DNA from: Candidatus Hydrogenedentota bacterium
GTDB taxonomy: Bacteria > Hydrogenedentota > Hydrogenedentia > Hydrogenedentales > SLHB01
Assembly (NCBI GenBank): GCA_034408725.1
Contig: JAWXCN010000079.1
Coordinates: forward strand, 1 to 38,321
Length of the DNA: 38,321 bases
Reading direction: 5' to 3'
The stretch's first letter is position 1; the number at the start of each line of letters is the position of its first letter. The notes beneath the pieces were generated by a model that saw only the letters and a program-made list of their open reading frames with translations, did no database searches and was not told the origin of the DNA. Both the position numbers and the translations under genes were made by a program. This document shows positions 35,630 through 38,321 of the stretch, piece by piece.

Positions 35630-36397
35630 CTATTTTGGGGCCATTCGGAGTGCTCCGTCCAAACGGATGGTTTCGCCATTTAACATTGCGTTCTCCACAA
35701 TGTGCTTGGCCAGCGCTGCAAATTCCGCCGGCATGCCGAGGCGATTTGGAAATGGCACGGAATCGCCCAGGGCCTTTTTCACGTCTTCAGGCAACATGGC
35801 CATGAGCGGCGTGTCGAACAGTCCCGGCGCAATCGTTACGCACCGGATGCCCAGCTTCGACAGGTCCCGCGCGACAGGCAGCGTCATTCCCACAATGGCT
35901 GCTTTCGACGCCGAATACGCGATCTGGCCAATCTGCCCATCGAACGCCGCAACCGACGCCGTGTTGATCAACACACCCCGCTCCCCCCCATCATTTGGCT
36001 CGTTCCCCGCCATGACATTTGCTGCGAACCGCATGACGTTAAACGTGCCGATCAGATTGATATCGATCACTGTCTTAAAAACGTCCAGCGGATGCGGACC
36101 CATCTTGGTGACAATGCGCATCGCCATGCCCACGCCCGCGCAACTCACCGCGCCGTGTAAACCGCCAAACGCATCGACCGCCGCCGTTATTGCTGCCTGG
36201 ACTTTGCCTTCATTGGTCACGTCGGTCTGGACGAATTTCGCGTTGAGACCGATCTCGTCCGCGACCCGATTTCCGTGCTCGGCGTTCATGTCTGCAATCA
36301 GCACCTTGCCGCCAGCGCCTGCCAACGCGCGACACGTGGCCTCGCCCAAGCCCGATGCCCCGCCACTAACCACAAATACCTTACCCGCGATCACCAT
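35630..36397 (-). CDS. 3-hydroxyacyl-CoA dehydrogenase type II (HSD17B10-like SDR)
   Basis: [59 protein letters not shown]. Confidence 0.93.
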   Translation of the reverse strand: MVIAGKVFVVSGGASGLGEATCRALAGAGGKVLIADMNAEHGNRVADEIGLNAKFVQTDVTNEGKVQAAITAAVDAFGGLHGAVSCAGVGMAMRIVTKMGPHPLDVFKTVIDINLIGTFNVMRFAANVMAGNEPNDGGERGVLINTASVAAFDGQIGQIAYSASKAAIVGMTLPVARDLSKLGIRCVTIAPGLFDTPLMAMLPEDVKKALGDSVPFPNRLGMPAEFAALAKHIVENAMLNGETIRLDGALRMAPK

Positions 36398-36421
36398 GTA
36401 TCCGCTCCCCGTTTGCGCATG

Positions 36422-36451
36422 ATGCTACTGGGCAAATCGCGCGGTAGTCAA
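36422..36451 (-). promoter_or_regulatory. Candidate sigma70 promoter of the SDR gene
   Basis: TTGACT, 18 bp, TAGCAT upstream of the SD GGGAG and ATG 36397. Confidence 0.4.
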
Positions 36452-36538
36452 CCAATTGGCAAAAATTTTGAAAGCCGCGCCAATTGCAAAATTATGGAGG
36501 GGCACCATCCTTCGGGCTCCTTCACCTTGGGTGAAGAA

Positions 36539-36894
36539 TGGTGGAGGCGGCGGGAATCGAACCCGCGTCCGAAAGCGCATCTACGTGAGCGTCTACGTGC
36601 GTAGCCTTTTAATTAAGATTCGCCACCTTAAACCGCGTCAGGCGCGCTGTCCAAGGCCGCTAGGCGGGGTCGGTACTCTTCGCGGAAGTCCCCGCCGGAG
36701 CTTCCGCGTCAAGGCCCGCTGTCGGCGCCTTATCCCTTTAGCAGGCGGTCAAGGGTAAGACGTCGCCGCAATTAAGCGGCGAGGGCCAATTCGTTATTGG
36801 CAGTTAACAAGTGACCGGCTTTTAACGAGGCCAACCGATCAACCTCGGCACGCAACCCACGCGTCTTCACCCTCGTCGAAACCTGGTCGCCCCC
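36539..36894 (-). ncRNA. ssrA: tmRNA (SsrA), one-piece, 356 nt, tag (A)ANNELALAA
   Basis: 5' GGGGGCGACCAGGTTTCGAC; 3' GACGCGGGTTCGATTCCCGCCGCCTCCACCA; acceptor stem with G3:U70; tag ORF GCC AAT AAC GAA TTG GCC CTC GCC GCT TAA at 36801-36772. Confidence 0.97.
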
Positions 36895-36945
36895 ACATAA
36901 AATGGGATGGATTCAAACTGGGTGCTACGTGTGTAGCTTCAATAC

Positions 36946-36954
36946 ATTATGCCA
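36946..36954 (-). promoter_or_regulatory. Extended -10 element for ssrA
   Basis: TGGCATAAT about 50 nt upstream of the mature 5' end; short hairpin GCTAC..GTAGC (36924-36937) in the leader. Confidence 0.45.
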
Positions 36955-36984
36955 CATGTTGCACCCGGTTCGCAGGTTTTTGTC

Positions 36985-38321
36985 CTACCAGCCCTCCATC
37001 GAAAACGTCGCAAACCGGAAAGACGGACAGCATGTCCCAATATCCTGCGTGTCGAGATAGTGCGCCAGCAGCGCGCACCGATCCGCATCAATAATGTGGT
37101 CGTTGCCTTTCTCGAAAATGACCTGGTTGCGAATCCCGCCCGAATACGTGTGCCCGGCATACTGCGCCTCCCGCTCCGCCAACGCCGGAAACACAATCGT
37201 CCTGTCCGCCATGCGCCGCTGCAACAGTTCCGTCATGAACAGTTTCGTCGGTCTCCTGTCCGGCGCGCCATCGGGAAACGGCCCCACATCCGTCATGCCG
37301 CCAAATTCAATGGCCATGACGCGTCCGTGCCATTCCATATCGATGTTCTTCAGATTATGCGCCACCGCGCTCCCGTTGTTCCCCGCATCGATCCCAATCA
37401 CGCGAAACCGGTACGCGCGGTCCAGCTCTTCGATGATGCATTGCTGGCGATGGTAATTGACGCCGCGCAAATTGATCCGCGCGACGTTCACCAAGTCCGG
37501 CGGCGCATTCCGGTACACCACAAACTCGGAGGGATCGCGCACATACCCCAAATCGCACCCGAGATAATAGTTCCCCGCCGGCACGCCTGAGGGCGCCTCA
37601 AACGGATCGTGCTCTCCCAGCGACACCTCGAAAAACTCCAGCGCGCCATCCACGCACGCGAAGTACGCATCCAGATCGAACACCGCATACGCCGGCGACC
37701 CATGCAGCCCCAACACGCGATGCACATACCCCGGCGATTCGCGCCCGCCATACAACAGCGCCAGTTCCGCGTCCTTCTCCGCCGAAAACTCCGGGTTCAG
37801 CGCAGACGGCCAGTTGTACCGCTCCGCGTTCTTGTCCGTCGTCATCCGGTGAAACGTGTTCCGCAACCCGTTCGGCACCCCATACACCCAACGCATCCCG
37901 CCCCCGTTCAACGCCTGAAACATCTCCTCCCACGCCGCATCCGTCATCTCCTGCGCCTCATCCACAATCTGCCAATCCACGTGCAACCCCTGGAAATTCA
38001 TCCCATGCGGACCCGCAATCCGGCCCCACAACACAAACCCGTTCGCAAACCGCAAACACCACGACGGCGTCCGTTTCACATCCAACAGCGTTCCGCCGAA
38101 GGCGGAATTCCGTTCAAACACGCGGATGATCCGGTCCATTAGCGGAAACAAATGGTTCTCGCACTGCGTCGCAATCAACATCTCCCGATTCGGCATCGCC
38201 ACCGAAGCCCACGCCGCAATAATTTCGATCTCGGAGGTCTTCCCCACATCGCGTCCATCGCAATGAACCTTCCGCAAAGCCCGCGACTCCAACGAAAGCC
38301 CCTGATACCCCCGCACACACC
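36985..38321 (-). CDS. Phage-type terminase large subunit, 5' end outside the window
   Basis: Adenine-binding RGYQ; Walker A DGRDVGKTS; Walker B WQIVDEAQ; RNase H-fold nuclease acidic residues in LGCDLG, IGIDAG and DHIIDADR; frame open to the window edge. Confidence 0.85.
   Translation of the reverse strand, partial: CVRGYQGLSLESRALRKVHCDGRDVGKTSEIEIIAAWASVAMPNREMLIATQCENHLFPLMDRIIRVFERNSAFGGTLLDVKRTPSWCLRFANGFVLWGRIAGPHGMNFQGLHVDWQIVDEAQEMTDAAWEEMFQALNGGGMRWVYGVPNGLRNTFHRMTTDKNAERYNWPSALNPEFSAEKDAELALLYGGRESPGYVHRVLGLHGSPAYAVFDLDAYFACVDGALEFFEVSLGEHDPFEAPSGVPAGNYYLGCDLGYVRDPSEFVVYRNAPPDLVNVARINLRGVNYHRQQCIIEELDRAYRFRVIGIDAGNNGSAVAHNLKNIDMEWHGRVMAIEFGGMTDVGPFPDGAPDRRPTKLFMTELLQRRMADRTIVFPALAEREAQYAGHTYSGGIRNQVIFEKGNDHIIDADRCALLAHYLDTQDIGTCCPSFRFATFSMEGW

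Noticed and set aside
36400..36538. Genomic island integrated at the ssrA 3' end
   Set aside because: Only a short hairpin (CTTCACC-TTG-GGTGAAG) and a promoter separate ssrA from a housekeeping SDR gene; no integrase or att duplication seen.
36456..36894. tRNA-Ala call for the GGTTCGATTCCC..CCA end, and ORFs 36275..36604 and 36456..36758
   Set aside because: The matching 5' end lies about 350 nt away with a tag ORF between, so this is tmRNA; the ORFs are antisense overlaps.

Overview
GC-rich bacterial chromosomal window of mostly housekeeping and cell-envelope genes; the lineage cannot be fixed from sequence alone. Contents from left to right: a partial phospholipid N-methyltransferase coupled to a Ugp-like ABC transporter; an aminotransferase, an FMN alpha-hydroxy-acid oxidase, an aldo/keto reductase and an MtfA-family peptidase; the alpha-2-macroglobulin/pbpC pair; rimO; a three-gene sugar-nucleotide unit (GalU-like enzyme, GHMP-kinase/UDPGP fusion, GT-C-like membrane protein); a small accessory patch of toxin-antitoxin-like genes; a secreted hydrazine-synthase-alpha-like monoheme protein; a reduced division operon murC-ftsQ-ftsZ-pilT with no ftsA; fatty-acid and ferritin genes; tmRNA; and a lone terminase large subunit cut by the window end. 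The most striking observations are: (i) two NrdR-box-like sites upstream of the division operon; (ii) a terminase with no portal gene, reading directly into tmRNA; (iii) the kinase-pyrophosphorylase fusion with altered motifs, coupled to a GT-C-like protein; (iv) palindromic REP-like repeats lying in frame in the 5' end of pbpC; (v) patches of strong C-over-G skew that ignore gene direction. No CRISPR array, integrase or transposase was seen. All family calls come from motif recognition by eye; no database searches were run.
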